Source: an uncultured Planctomycetaceae bacterium (lineage in GTDB: Bacteria > Planctomycetota > Planctomycetia > Planctomycetales > Planctomycetaceae). Taken from it: a stretch of DNA of 64,000 nucleotides. Every line of letters begins with the position of its first letter. Position 1 is the stretch's first letter. Positions 39,377 to 49,046 of this stretch are shown here, piece after piece. Position numbers and translations under genes: made by a program. The stretch spans positions 613,908 through 677,907 of the forward strand of contig CAWFGE010000023.1 in assembly GCA_963815195.1 (NCBI GenBank), given 5' to 3'. The notes below the pieces were generated by a model. That model saw only the letters and a list, made by a program, of their open reading frames with translations, did no database searches and was not told where the DNA came from.

Positions 39377-41050
39377 GCCGGCCCCCCGCCGCAGATGTGA
39401 AGCATCCGCGCCGACCGCTTGACTCGCAGCAGGTCTCCGGAAACCTCGGCGAAGGGAATCTGTCGGTTCGGCTTTCCAATCGAGCCGATCGCTTCCCCGC
39501 CGATTCGGAGCAAACCGTCGGAATACAGACTGAGAAGCATCGCGCTACGGTCTCCGGCTCCCCGATTCCGGGATGAATCAGAGGTCAGCAACGCTCGCAC
39601 AGTCTTCTTCTCCCAGTTGATGGCGAGTGTCATGCCGACGGTGATCTGACGGCGTTCCGGTAGTCCGCGCATGGCCGGGTTCTGCTCCTCCGCGTCCCAG
39701 GAAACCTTCAGGATGCACTCACGAATGTTTTCGGTATGTTCCTTGCCGAGCCAGTACTGCTTGGTCACGTCGAGTCGCGGACGAACCCACAGAGAGAGCT
39801 CTTCCGGAATACCCAGCAAATCCCGGTATGTGTTGACGAAGGTGTAAGCGGCCCAATCGCTCTTGATCAGCATTGGGAGGTCCACCTGCGACAGCGCCGC
39901 ATTCAGTTTGGCGATCTGTTTCGGATCCGGGATGACGTTCAGTTCGTTCGCGCTCTTAACCATCGCGCGGCGCTCGAACTCCTTGGCGATCCACTCACGC
40001 TCCTCGGCGAACGCTGGATGGAACGCTTCGTCGGACGCGGTGATCGCCCGCCCGTAGTCGGCGAACGAGATCTCGCCCGGAGGCAGATAATCGAGCGCCC
40101 GAAGGACCATCCGTTTGAACTGCTCGCTGGCGACGAACAGAGCCTTGCCCGACGACCAATCCGGGTTCGCGGCCTTGCGTTGCTCGTGCATCCGCACCAT
40201 CACCGAGTAGAGCGCGCCGCTGAGAATCTCGCTGAGTTCATGGGGCGCCCAGCGGGCCCCTCCCGATTCGGGCAAGCGGTTGTCGTTGAGCAGAGCCCGC
40301 AGCGGGCGCAGTTGGCCGCTGGCATGCCGGCCGGCCCCGAACTCCTCGGCGATCGAACTGAACGCAGTCGGGTTCGCGATGGAGCCGCCGGTCTGGTCGA
40401 GAACCGTCTGCCGCAGCGCCCGGCTCCGGAAGGAGGTAAGCACCGCCGTCAGGTCCGCCACCGACTCATGCAACGCCAAGGACTGCGGACTGACGGCGTT
40501 GTAGAGATCCGGCGCGATTCCATCGAGGATGGCGTGCCCGGTTTCGTGAGCGACGATGTCGTGCGAGAGGCTGGTGTAGATCTCCGTCCCCTCAGCCCTG
40601 GCCGACAGGAAGTGAAAGAACTGGAGGCTGTGGGAATCGCGTTCGTAGTAAGCGTTGGCCCACTTTCCGGCGCGGGGAACCACCAAGCAGACTGCTGGCG
40701 CATCGAAGCCCCAGGTCAGGCGTCTCCCGAGCGTGTCGGGCTCCTCGAACATTTCCATCGTCTTGCGGACTGTGGCGAAGGCGTTGACCTGGATAAACGC
40801 GTCCGAGAGCGGATCAATCGGTTCGTCCAGAAGGTAAGAGGCCTTCTTGCCATCGGCCGCTGGAGCCTGGAAGCTCGCTCCCGGTCGCAGTCTGCCGTCG
40901 TCGTCGAAGTCGAGAACCGCAATCCGTTCCGTAACCGGACCGTCGAGGAAGAACTCTTCTTCGATGCGTGACCGATTCGGTGATGTCGGGCATTCCCTTG
41001 GCCAGAGTGACCATCTGGTCCTGGATCATGGCCGGGATTTGGATCTTCAT
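39373..41050 (-). CDS. M4/M36 (thermolysin/fungalysin-like) gluzincin metallopeptidase, cytoplasmic (frameshift near 40968)
   Basis: NAYY, SHDIVAHETGHAILDG, ALHESVADL, PHELS; N-terminus MKIQIPAMIQD (41050) joins …FLDGPVTERIAVLDFD… in the frame of ORF 39373-40758. Confidence 0.85.
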
Positions 41051-41062
41051 GACGCTCTGCCG

Positions 41063-42085
41063 TTAGCGAGTGACGCGGATGCTGTAGCTGCCCACGCCGC
41101 CGCTCTGGTTGAAGTGACGGATCTGAACGAAGTACTCGCCGGGGCTCAAGTCAGCCACAATCTTCGAGTTTCTGCCAATGCCCCCATCGTCGTCTTCGGC
41201 GACTACTTGTGTCTGGCTGTTCGGGCCGAAAAGCTTCATTACGACATCCGTCTCCCCGCCCGTTTCGATGGTGTGCCGGGCCGCTTGGCCGACGGTGAAC
41301 TTGTATAGATCTTCTTCTCCGGGCGCTCCGATACTGGCTGAGACGCCTGCCGTCTCGATGACATCGAGTTCGGTCGCCTCCACCGCTGGAGCCGCCACGG
41401 CCGGGATACGCTTCAGCGCTCTTGATGAAGGCAATGTCCATTTGTGATACGTCGGAATTGCCATGAGTGGCTACGCCATTCAATGTCCAGCGGGCCGGAA
41501 ACTCGTAGAGCATGATGGAGTCCGGATCGAACCGGGTTCCTTTGATTTGGTCAACGCCGTACTTCTCCAGAACGTTGTGCCGGATCTGGGCCTCGGTCCA
41601 ATTGTTGGGCGGCCCGCTAAGATCGCGAATGACTTCCGTCTCGTTCCACTGAATGCCGCCATCGGGGTTCTGATGCTCGTGTCCCAGGCCGATCGCATGC
41701 CCGAACTCGTGGGTCGGCGTTCCGCGGTCCAGGAAGCCCGAGGTTAAGGGTCGCCTGGTTCGCCGGAATCTGGGTGGCGTCGGTGCCGACCCACGACCAG
41801 GCGCCGTCGATCGAATCGAACGTGATGCGGATATCGGCGTCGGGATGGTCCCCGAAATCGAACTTCAGATTGGCATGCGCCGTCCAGCGGGCCGCTTCCT
41901 CCATGTACCTGCGCCTTTTGGTCCGAGTTCCCCTCCAGGAAGCGGACTTTGAGAGTCGAACCATTGACCCACCGCTTGCGGAACTCGAATACCGCGCTTA
42001 GGCGGCCGCCGATCGATATCATGCGCCGGGGCCGGTTCAGATCAGCCGGCAGGACGCGGTCGAAACAGAGTCTGGGTGCGGACAT
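41063..42085 (-). CDS. Astacin-like (M12A) metzincin peptidase with C-terminal PPC-like domain (about four indels)
   Basis: GAGGAGG SD; W.NGSTLKVRF, IRITF…GAWSWVG, HEFGHAIGLGHEH, Met-turn SIMLY; PPC-like EEDLYKF…DDDGG…PGEYFVQI. Confidence 0.85.
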
Positions 42086-42244
42086 TGTGAGCCTCCTCTA
42101 AGTTGCTGGTTTCCAGTTGGTGCTGCTGCACACGAGAGTAAGGCAATTTCCGAGGAATTACAAGAGTTATGACTGCACTCAAGGTTCCGGAGAAACCTGA
42201 ACCGTTGTACGAGATGAAATGCAAGCCGCGAGAAACCATGATCG

Positions 42245-45200
42245 TCAGTACAGCAGCTTGATGGAGAATTGAATCTGCCGGCTCGGGGTGGCGGTGTTGT
42301 TGATCTGGCCGAAGCCGGAGCCGAGCGCAATGTTCGAGGGCAGGCCGAAGTTGACGAGGTTGAAGGCGTTGAAAAATTCGGCCCGGAACTGGACGGTAAG
42401 AAGTTCGGCGTTTCCACGGGAGCCGATGAGCGTGTCTTTGATGAGACCCAAATCGAAGTTGTAGAGGCCGGGGCCGCGGAAGGTGTTGCGGCCGAGTGAG
42501 CCAAAGCGGCCGCGGTTGGGGCCGGTTCCGCCGGGGACATCGATCGGGATGCCGAAGAAGCTCGCATTGTCCGCGCCGAGGCCGAAATAGTCCTCGCGGA
42601 TCTTGCGGCCGGTGGAGAGACTGGGACCGCCAATCTGGTCGGGCCGGTCGGCGGAGTTTGAGCCGGCGCCTGTTTGCTGGATGCCGGAATAGACAGAAAA
42701 GGGCATACCTGTCATCAAAGTCGTCACCGCCATGACCTGCCAACCAGTGGTGACGGAGTGTGGAGCCGAGCGCAGTCCGGGGATCTTCATGACCGGCAGT
42801 TCTTGAAAAGCGCTCATGCTGAAAACGTGGCTGACGTCGAAGGTGGACGGGCCCTTTTCGGCGCGCCAGTTGCGAGGGTCCTGGGCGGAAGTCTGGCTGA
42901 GGGCGCCGGACGAGGCGGTAATGAAACCACCGAGCACCCCGGAGGTGTCGTCGAGTGATTTGCTGTAGCCGTAGCTGGCCTGGAAGCTCAAACCAAGCCG
43001 CGCGGATTGCTTGGCCGCTGAGAGTTGGAACGAGTGGTAGCTCGAGTGGGAATGGTTGGACATCACCGACATGAGCCCATAGCCGCCCTCGGCCTGGCCG
43101 CTGGCGTCGTAGCTGGTGTATCGGGCGTAGTCCGGGCCGGCGCCCGAGTAGCCGTTCGGGTAGCTGATGGCGGGGAGACGGACGCCAGCGGTGGCCACGT
43201 AGGCGGCGTTGACGGTTACGTCGCCGAAAGTATGCTCCAGACTCGCTGTGACGCTGGGCACGTAACCCGTCGTGAAAATGTCGGCGATGCCTCCCGCAGC
43301 CATCGGCCGGAGCTGGCCGTCCGGGCTGAGCGCGGCGATTTCGTGAATGAAGCGGTCAGTATCCATCTCGGTATTGGGAGCGACGTCGGTGGATCGGCCC
43401 CTCGCGAAGATCAGGGCGCCTTCCGGAGTGTAGAAGTCCGGCAGCGGGAGTTGGATGACGCTATTGCTGAACGGGATCGGGGCTCCGGGCGCGGCCGCCA
43501 GATGGGTGGCGACCGAGAACGGTGTGCCGCCGGTGAGCATATTCTCCTGCCAAAGGTTCGTCAGCAGATTGGTGATGCCGGCTCCCGCGCGGAAGACCGT
43601 GTTCGGGCCGAGCTTCCAGTCGAAGGAGACACGGGGCGCGAAACCATTCCAGGTCAGATCGTAGGAGGGCTGCGGATTCACGAGGAACTTTGCCTCGGGC
43701 GGCCGGCCGTCGGGTCCCGTGGAGAAGGCGGGACCGGAGAACCGCAGGGCGGATGCGCGCTTCTGGTGCTCGCGAATCTGCGAGTTGATTTCGTACCGAA
43801 GGCCAAACGTCACGGAGAATTGCGTGGAGGGCCTCCAAGTGTCCTGCCAGTAAACGTTGAATGCGTCGCGGTGAATCGCACTCAGGCCCATCTTGTCGCC
43901 TTGGGCGAACAATGGTGGGGCTTGCGCGTTGTTGAAGGAGAAGGGGCTCCCGGTAAGAAAACTCGACAGGGCGTCGGGCAGCGGGTCGCCCTTCTCGATG
44001 TCGTGCAGACCGCTGGCCGAGCGAATGTATGCAGGCGAGCTGGCCACGCCGCCGCCGAAACTGTAGCTACCATTTGGACTGGAGCCCCAGACGGTGCTGT
44101 CGCGGTTGAGGCGCAGCTCCCAACCCCATTTCATGGAGTGGTGGCCGGCGATGCGGCTGAAATCCTGGTGAAACTGCCAGAGGTTGCCGTAGGAGCCCAT
44201 CACGGATCCGGCCGACTCGTTGAAGGGTTCATAGATGCCGTCGAGAAAGCGCAGAGCAGGCTGCGTACTGTTGAATGCCGGAAAATTCGGCGTGCTCCGC
44301 AGGAATCCGATGGCGGTTTCGACCACGAAATTCGGCGTTGGCGTCCAGTGATGCTTGAGTCCCGCGTTGCGCTGGCGGTCGTGGAAGCTGACGGCGAAGC
44401 CAGGATCAATGGCGGTCTGATTCGGATTCGTCGCCGGGCCGTCGACGTTGTTGTAGGAGAAACGGAAGAAGAGCCTTTGAGACTCTGAGATCTGATGATC
44501 GAGGCGGACGGAGACTTGATCGGAGTTCGTCTTGATTTTAGACGACGTCGAGTAGGTGCGGTTGCCGTAAGGACCCTGGGCGTCGTTGGGAGCGGGATAC
44601 GCATTGACCACGTTCGCGATCTCCGGATGGAGTGGAACGTAGAGAGTGTCACCGGCGAAGGCGGTCGTGTTGATCCCTTTCCGCTCGTCGAGGCTGGGTA
44701 CCGATAGCACCTGAGTCGTGCCCAGAACCTGGCGGAAGCCCTGGTATTGGACAAAGTAGAAGGTGCTGCCGCGGCCGTCGTAAAGGCGCGGCAGAAAGAC
44801 GGGGCCGCCGCTGGTCAACCCGAACTCGTGACGGTTGAACGGCGGCAGGCGATTCGGATTGGCCACCGAGCGCCGGTCGAAGTAGTTGCGGGCGTCGAAG
44901 GCGGCGTTCCGGACGAACCAGAAGGCGGAGCCGTGGACATCGTTCGTCCCGGACTTCGTGATGACGTTCGTGAATCCGGCGGCCCCTTGTCCGATCTCCG
45001 GAGGCATCACGCCGGACATCGAGTCCACTTCCTGAATTGCATCCACGTTGAAGTTCGAAAAGGTGGCTCCGCCCATTTCCGGATCCGAAGTGAAGATGCC
45101 GTCCATCGCGAAGACGGTGGCGGTGCCACGCTGCCCATTGATCGCGAATTGCTGCGTGAAATTCGCGGCGCCGTTGGTGTCGGTTCGGGCCCCGGCGGCC

Positions 45201-45442
45201 AAGAGCAGGAGCTGGCTGAAGTCGCGCTTGTTGAGCGGCAAGCCGGAGACCGTCCGGCTATCGAGTTGCTCGGCGGCGCTGGCGGCATGCCCCACGGCTT
45301 TCCCGGCGTTGTCCGCGGGACCCATTGAGCCACTGCCGGCGCTCTCCGGCGCCGGAGCGTCAGTCTGCGGATACAGAGGCGTGAGCAATACCAGGACGAG
45401 CGCCGGAATCACCCGCTTGAAAACGATCGATGAAAAGTGCAC
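42245..45442 (-). CDS. TonB-dependent receptor (Oar-like acidobacterial type)
   Basis: LPLNKRDF, INGQRG, DAIQEV, TKSGTN..HGS, DARNYF, QDTW…GLRYE, FAPRVSF, GRNTFRGPG, RAEFFNAFN, RQIQFSIKLLY. Confidence 0.93.
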   Translation of the reverse strand: MHFSSIVFKRVIPALVLVLLTPLYPQTDAPAPESAGSGSMGPADNAGKAVGHAASAAEQLDSRTVSGLPLNKRDFSQLLLLAAGARTDTNGAANFTQQFAINGQRGTATVFAMDGIFTSDPEMGGATFSNFNVDAIQEVDSMSGVMPPEIGQGAAGFTNVITKSGTNDVHGSAFWFVRNAAFDARNYFDRRSVANPNRLPPFNRHEFGLTSGGPVFLPRLYDGRGSTFYFVQYQGFRQVLGTTQVLSVPSLDERKGINTTAFAGDTLYVPLHPEIANVVNAYPAPNDAQGPYGNRTYSTSSKIKTNSDQVSVRLDHQISESQRLFFRFSYNNVDGPATNPNQTAIDPGFAVSFHDRQRNAGLKHHWTPTPNFVVETAIGFLRSTPNFPAFNSTQPALRFLDGIYEPFNESAGSVMGSYGNLWQFHQDFSRIAGHHSMKWGWELRLNRDSTVWGSSPNGSYSFGGGVASSPAYIRSASGLHDIEKGDPLPDALSSFLTGSPFSFNNAQAPPLFAQGDKMGLSAIHRDAFNVYWQDTWRPSTQFSVTFGLRYEINSQIREHQKRASALRFSGPAFSTGPDGRPPEAKFLVNPQPSYDLTWNGFAPRVSFDWKLGPNTVFRAGAGITNLLTNLWQENMLTGGTPFSVATHLAAAPGAPIPFSNSVIQLPLPDFYTPEGALIFARGRSTDVAPNTEMDTDRFIHEIAALSPDGQLRPMAAGGIADIFTTGYVPSVTASLEHTFGDVTVNAAYVATAGVRLPAISYPNGYSGAGPDYARYTSYDASGQAEGGYGLMSVMSNHSHSSYHSFQLSAAKQSARLGLSFQASYGYSKSLDDTSGVLGGFITASSGALSQTSAQDPRNWRAEKGPSTFDVSHVFSMSAFQELPVMKIPGLRSAPHSVTTGWQVMAVTTLMTGMPFSVYSGIQQTGAGSNSADRPDQIGGPSLSTGRKIREDYFGLGADNASFFGIPIDVPGGTGPNRGRFGSLGRNTFRGPGLYNFDLGLIKDTLIGSRGNAELLTVQFRAEFFNAFNLVNFGLPSNIALGSGFGQINNTATPSRQIQFSIKLLY

Positions 45443-45477
45443 GGCTAACAGATGAGAATATCACCCGCGCCCCTCAG

Positions 45478-46005
45478 CTATTCCTCGAGTAGCTCTTCTA
45501 TCGTCTTTCGCATATTCACTTCTTCGTTCTTGAAGAAGTCATCGGTGCCGAGATACTGGCCCCGGATATTGCCGCTCTTGTCGATCACCACGAGGATCGG
45601 AGTCCAAAGGGTGAGCATGATCGGGTGTTGGAGAAACTCGATCACCTTGTCGCGGTCGCCGAGCCCGACCGGATAGGTGGCGCCGGTTTGAACCGCATAC
45701 TGCTTGACCATCTGGAGGTTCGCGTCATTGAATGCGATGCCAACTGCCTGGAACCCCTTCGAGCCATAGTCGGAGTACATCTGCTGCATCACCTTGGATG
45801 TTCTCTGGCAGTGCGGGCAGGTGGTCAGCAGGAATTCCAGAGCGATCACCTTCCCCTTGTACTTGCTCAAGTTGGCCTTCTCGCCGCCCGGCAACTGAAA
45901 CGTGAAGTCATCCGCGGGACGCGGAATCTTCGCCCCGAACATAGGCATGCAAACAAGGGTGGCGACGATCCAGCCGCTCAGCACACGACGATACATGAGA
46001 TCCAA
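45478..46005 (-). CDS. TlpA-like redoxin
   Basis: Signal peptide; LSKYKGKVI…TTCPHC; TPILVVIDKSG. Confidence 0.85.
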   Translation of the reverse strand: MDLMYRRVLSGWIVATLVCMPMFGAKIPRPADDFTFQLPGGEKANLSKYKGKVIALEFLLTTCPHCQRTSKVMQQMYSDYGSKGFQAVGIAFNDANLQMVKQYAVQTGATYPVGLGDRDKVIEFLQHPIMLTLWTPILVVIDKSGNIRGQYLGTDDFFKNEEVNMRKTIEELLEE

Positions 46006-46087
46006 CCCTCCTCTACGAAGTACTTTCTACTAGCTTAACCCAGGCCCACCATCCAATGGCTGGACCTATCACCCGTGTTGGACGCCG

Positions 46088-47389
46088 CTAGCGGACCCGG
46101 CGTTTCGGCCACTTCCCGATCTCGCCGCCCGTCCGCAGCCCCTCCACCGAATAGACGGCCTTTCCCGCCAGCCGTACCTCGAAATGCCCGTCGTCGCCGG
46201 TTCCCTGCAGAAAATCGGCATTTTCCCGTTCGACTGACATATCGTCCCACTTTCCTTTCAAAGCCTTCCGGTAGAATTCAAAAAAGGCTCGCGCGACCTC
46301 ATCGGACTCCCACACGGAGGTTTGCAGGAGCACCGTGCGGCCGTCTTTCTTGTCTTCGAGCAACCGGTAGCGCCCCGCGCGCCAGGCCGGCGCGATTCGC
46401 CGGACGTCATCGTCGGTCGCGAACTGCCGCAGCAGAACGGCGTAGTCGAATTCGCCCACATCGCCTTCGGCAAGGTTCCGAAATCCGCGCTCATGCCTCA
46501 AGTGGGCGAGTTTAGGCCGCTCCACATCCCGGCGGACGAAGTAGTGCTCTGGATGCAGGACCTCCTGCGTCGTGGACGGCGGATTGCGGAACACCTCCGG
46601 GAAAGCTTCTTTGCCGAGCCGTTCCACTACAGCTTGCTGGAACTGCATTCCACTCGTATATGGGAACAGCATCGATTCGCGCATATAGAGCGGCGCGTTG
46701 TCGAAAATCGGAAACTCGCCGCCCGAGGCGCCGATCATTCGGGACATCAGTCGAACAGTCTCCGGAGAATTCACCAGCGTCTGTCCCATCTTGCGAACCA
46801 TCGACTCCGACATCAACCATGTCGCCTGTCCCTCCATCACGGCCATCCGCGCCAGAGCCCCGTCGTCGTTCTTGCCGGCCGCGTCGAGGAACTTTTCCAG
46901 TTTGAAGTGCTGGTCGGCCAGGGCGTGAGCGAGTTCGTGCGTCAATGCCGCCTCCTGCATGGCGTCGTCGCCGGAGTTGAGCAGAAACAGCCGCTGCTTC
47001 CGGAAGTCGTAAAAAGCCGCCGCCTGTTCGGTGTAGAGATCGATCATCGTCCCCTTAAGATCGAAATCCCGCGGGACGAAACCGAACTTCTTCAACAGCA
47101 GTTCTTCAATCCGAATCTCCTCGGGCTCGATCTCTTCCTTCACCCGCTGTTCGAGGAACTCCTTCAGGTGTTCTCTGTCTATGAGCGCGTAGTCGACCTT
47201 TCGCTCCACGGCCAGTCCGGTAATCTCGGCCAGGCCAGCGGTGATTTCGTCGATCCGCTGGAAGATCGGCTCAGCCGCCGCCTCCGGCGGCGCAACGGTT
47301 TGCGCTGGCGCCGCGGCCAGAAACAGCGCGGCCAGGGCGAGAAGAACTTTCAATCTGTCGGGGTGTGAGATGAATTTGACGTCGGCCAA
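46088..47389 (-). CDS. Secreted gluzincin-like putative metallopeptidase
   Basis: Signal-like LLALAALFLAAAPA; AAFYD, THELAHALADQ, MEGQA, LFPY..G, PPSTTQEVLHP. Start uncertain. Confidence 0.7.
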   Translation of the reverse strand: MADVKFISHPDRLKVLLALAALFLAAAPAQTVAPPEAAAEPIFQRIDEITAGLAEITGLAVERKVDYALIDREHLKEFLEQRVKEEIEPEEIRIEELLLKKFGFVPRDFDLKGTMIDLYTEQAAAFYDFRKQRLFLLNSGDDAMQEAALTHELAHALADQHFKLEKFLDAAGKNDDGALARMAVMEGQATWLMSESMVRKMGQTLVNSPETVRLMSRMIGASGGEFPIFDNAPLYMRESMLFPYTSGMQFQQAVVERLGKEAFPEVFRNPPSTTQEVLHPEHYFVRRDVERPKLAHLRHERGFRNLAEGDVGEFDYAVLLRQFATDDDVRRIAPAWRAGRYRLLEDKKDGRTVLLQTSVWESDEVARAFFEFYRKALKGKWDDMSVERENADFLQGTGDDGHFEVRLAGKAVYSVEGLRTGGEIGKWPKRRVR

Positions 47390-47568
47390 TTCCCAGGATA
47401 CAACGCCATCGGTCTAGCGGACGGCACGACTCGAATCGACGCTATATGCTCTTCCAGCCATCGTCTCGAGGCCGGTTTCCTTGTCTCGCCCACCTCCTCC
47501 AGTTAGTACGCGCGATGACTGCGCTAGAATGAGTAGAAGTTCACGAAAATACTTGGAGACCACACACA

Positions 47569-47700
47569 TTGCCTGACGAAAAATTGTACAAAGCTGAATA
47601 CCAGGGAAGTGGCACGTTCCTGATCAGTAAGCCAAAGCGCAAGAAGACCAAGCGCCGGCAGTTGAAGCTGAAAAGCCCGAAGCGCGGCATGCGGAAGTAA
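47569..47700 (+). CDS. Small Lys/Arg-rich protein (43 aa), absent from the ORF track
   Basis: GGAG SD, TTG start, MPDEKLYKAEYQGSGTFLISKPKRKKTKRRQLKLKSPKRGMRK*; TAGAAT -10-like hexamer at 47525-47530. Confidence 0.7.
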   Translation: MPDEKLYKAEYQGSGTFLISKPKRKKTKRRQLKLKSPKRGMRK

Positions 47701-47723
47701 CATCCCGCCCCGCCCGCTCTTCC

Positions 47724-49025
47724 ATGAAGATCACCGAGCTGCGCCTCCATCCCGTGGCGATCGCCGACGCGCCGCTGCGCAGTTCTTACGGACGCCACGC
47801 CCCTTACGCTCTCCGCACGATTGTTGAGATCCGCACCACAGATGGACTCGTGGGCGTCAGCGAGACCTACGGCGGCGATGGCCCGCTGGCGGCGCTCGAG
47901 AAGGCTCGCGGTTTCGTTGTAGGTCGCGATCCCTTTCAACTGACACGCCTATGGCAAGACCTCTCGAAAGACATCCCGCGGGGTGACCGGAGCCAGACGT
48001 ACCTGGTTCCCGGCGAGAATCCGCTCGACATTCACACGCGGACCTTTGGCGCGATTGAAGTGGCGTGTCTTGACGCGATAGGCAAAGCCATCGGACTGCC
48101 GGTCTGCGACATCGTGGGCGGCCGGGCCCGGGATGAAGTCCCCTTTTCGGCCTACCTGTTCTATAAACATGGTGGGGGCGGGGGACTGGGCGACGATGCC
48201 CGGGAGGACGAGTATGGCGAATGCCTGGACCCCGAGTCGATGGTTCGGCAATGCCGCGAGATGATAGGCCAGTACGGATTCCGGGAGATCAAGCTCAAAG
48301 GCGGCGTCCTGGAGCCAGATCTCGAGATAGAGACGATTCGCGCCTTACGTGACGAATTCGGCCCCAGCGTTCCTTTGCGGATCGATCCCAATTGCGCCTG
48401 GTCGCCCGACACCTCGGTTCACGTGGGCGTGTCGCTCGAAGAGGAACTTTCCGGCGGCGGGTACCTGGAGGATCCAACGGCCGGCATGGAAGGCATGGCC
48501 GAGGTCCGGCGGCGCCTGCTCGAGAAGGGAATTGATGCGCCGCAAGCCAGCAACGTCGCCGTCACCTGCTTTGAGCACGTGCCGCAAGCCAAGCGGCTGG
48601 ACGCGGTGCAGATCGTGTTGTCGGACCCGCACTACTGGGGCGGTGTCCGAAACCTGCAGCGGCTCTCGTTTCTCTGTGAGACGCTCGGCATGGGCCTTTC
48701 GATGCACTCTAACAATCACCTCGGCGTCAGCTTGATGACGATGGCGCACGCGGCCGCGGCGGCTCCTCGCCTGACCTATGCCTGCGACACTCACTACCCG
48801 TGGCAGACGGAGCGGGACGAGGTGGTGGCCGGCGGCCGGATTCCCTTTCACGAGGGTTGCGTGAGAATCCCCGATAAGCCGGGCCTGGGCGTCGAACTAG
48901 ATTTCGACCAGGTGGCGCGGCTAGGCGAAATCTACAACAAGCTCCCCTACCGCAAGCGCGATGACGAGGCGGAGATGAGAACCCACGTAGACCCGGATTG
49001 GAAGCGTGTGCTCCCTCGCTGGTAG
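47724..49025 (+). CDS. Glucarate dehydratase-family enolase-superfamily enzyme
   Basis: GVSETYG, VPFSAYLFYK, KLKGGV, LRIDPN.AW, YLEDP, LSDPHYWGG, MHSNNH, CDTHYPW. Confidence 0.9.
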   Translation: MKITELRLHPVAIADAPLRSSYGRHAPYALRTIVEIRTTDGLVGVSETYGGDGPLAALEKARGFVVGRDPFQLTRLWQDLSKDIPRGDRSQTYLVPGENPLDIHTRTFGAIEVACLDAIGKAIGLPVCDIVGGRARDEVPFSAYLFYKHGGGGGLGDDAREDEYGECLDPESMVRQCREMIGQYGFREIKLKGGVLEPDLEIETIRALRDEFGPSVPLRIDPNCAWSPDTSVHVGVSLEEELSGGGYLEDPTAGMEGMAEVRRRLLEKGIDAPQASNVAVTCFEHVPQAKRLDAVQIVLSDPHYWGGVRNLQRLSFLCETLGMGLSMHSNNHLGVSLMTMAHAAAAAPRLTYACDTHYPWQTERDEVVAGGRIPFHEGCVRIPDKPGLGVELDFDQVARLGEIYNKLPYRKRDDEAEMRTHVDPDWKRVLPRW

Positions 49026-49046
49026 CGGGAGAATGGAGGTGAATTT

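Noticed and set aside
29500..42200. Integrative element or prophage at tRNA-Arg
   Set aside because: No integrase, transposase, phage genes or duplicated tRNA 3' end found by eye.
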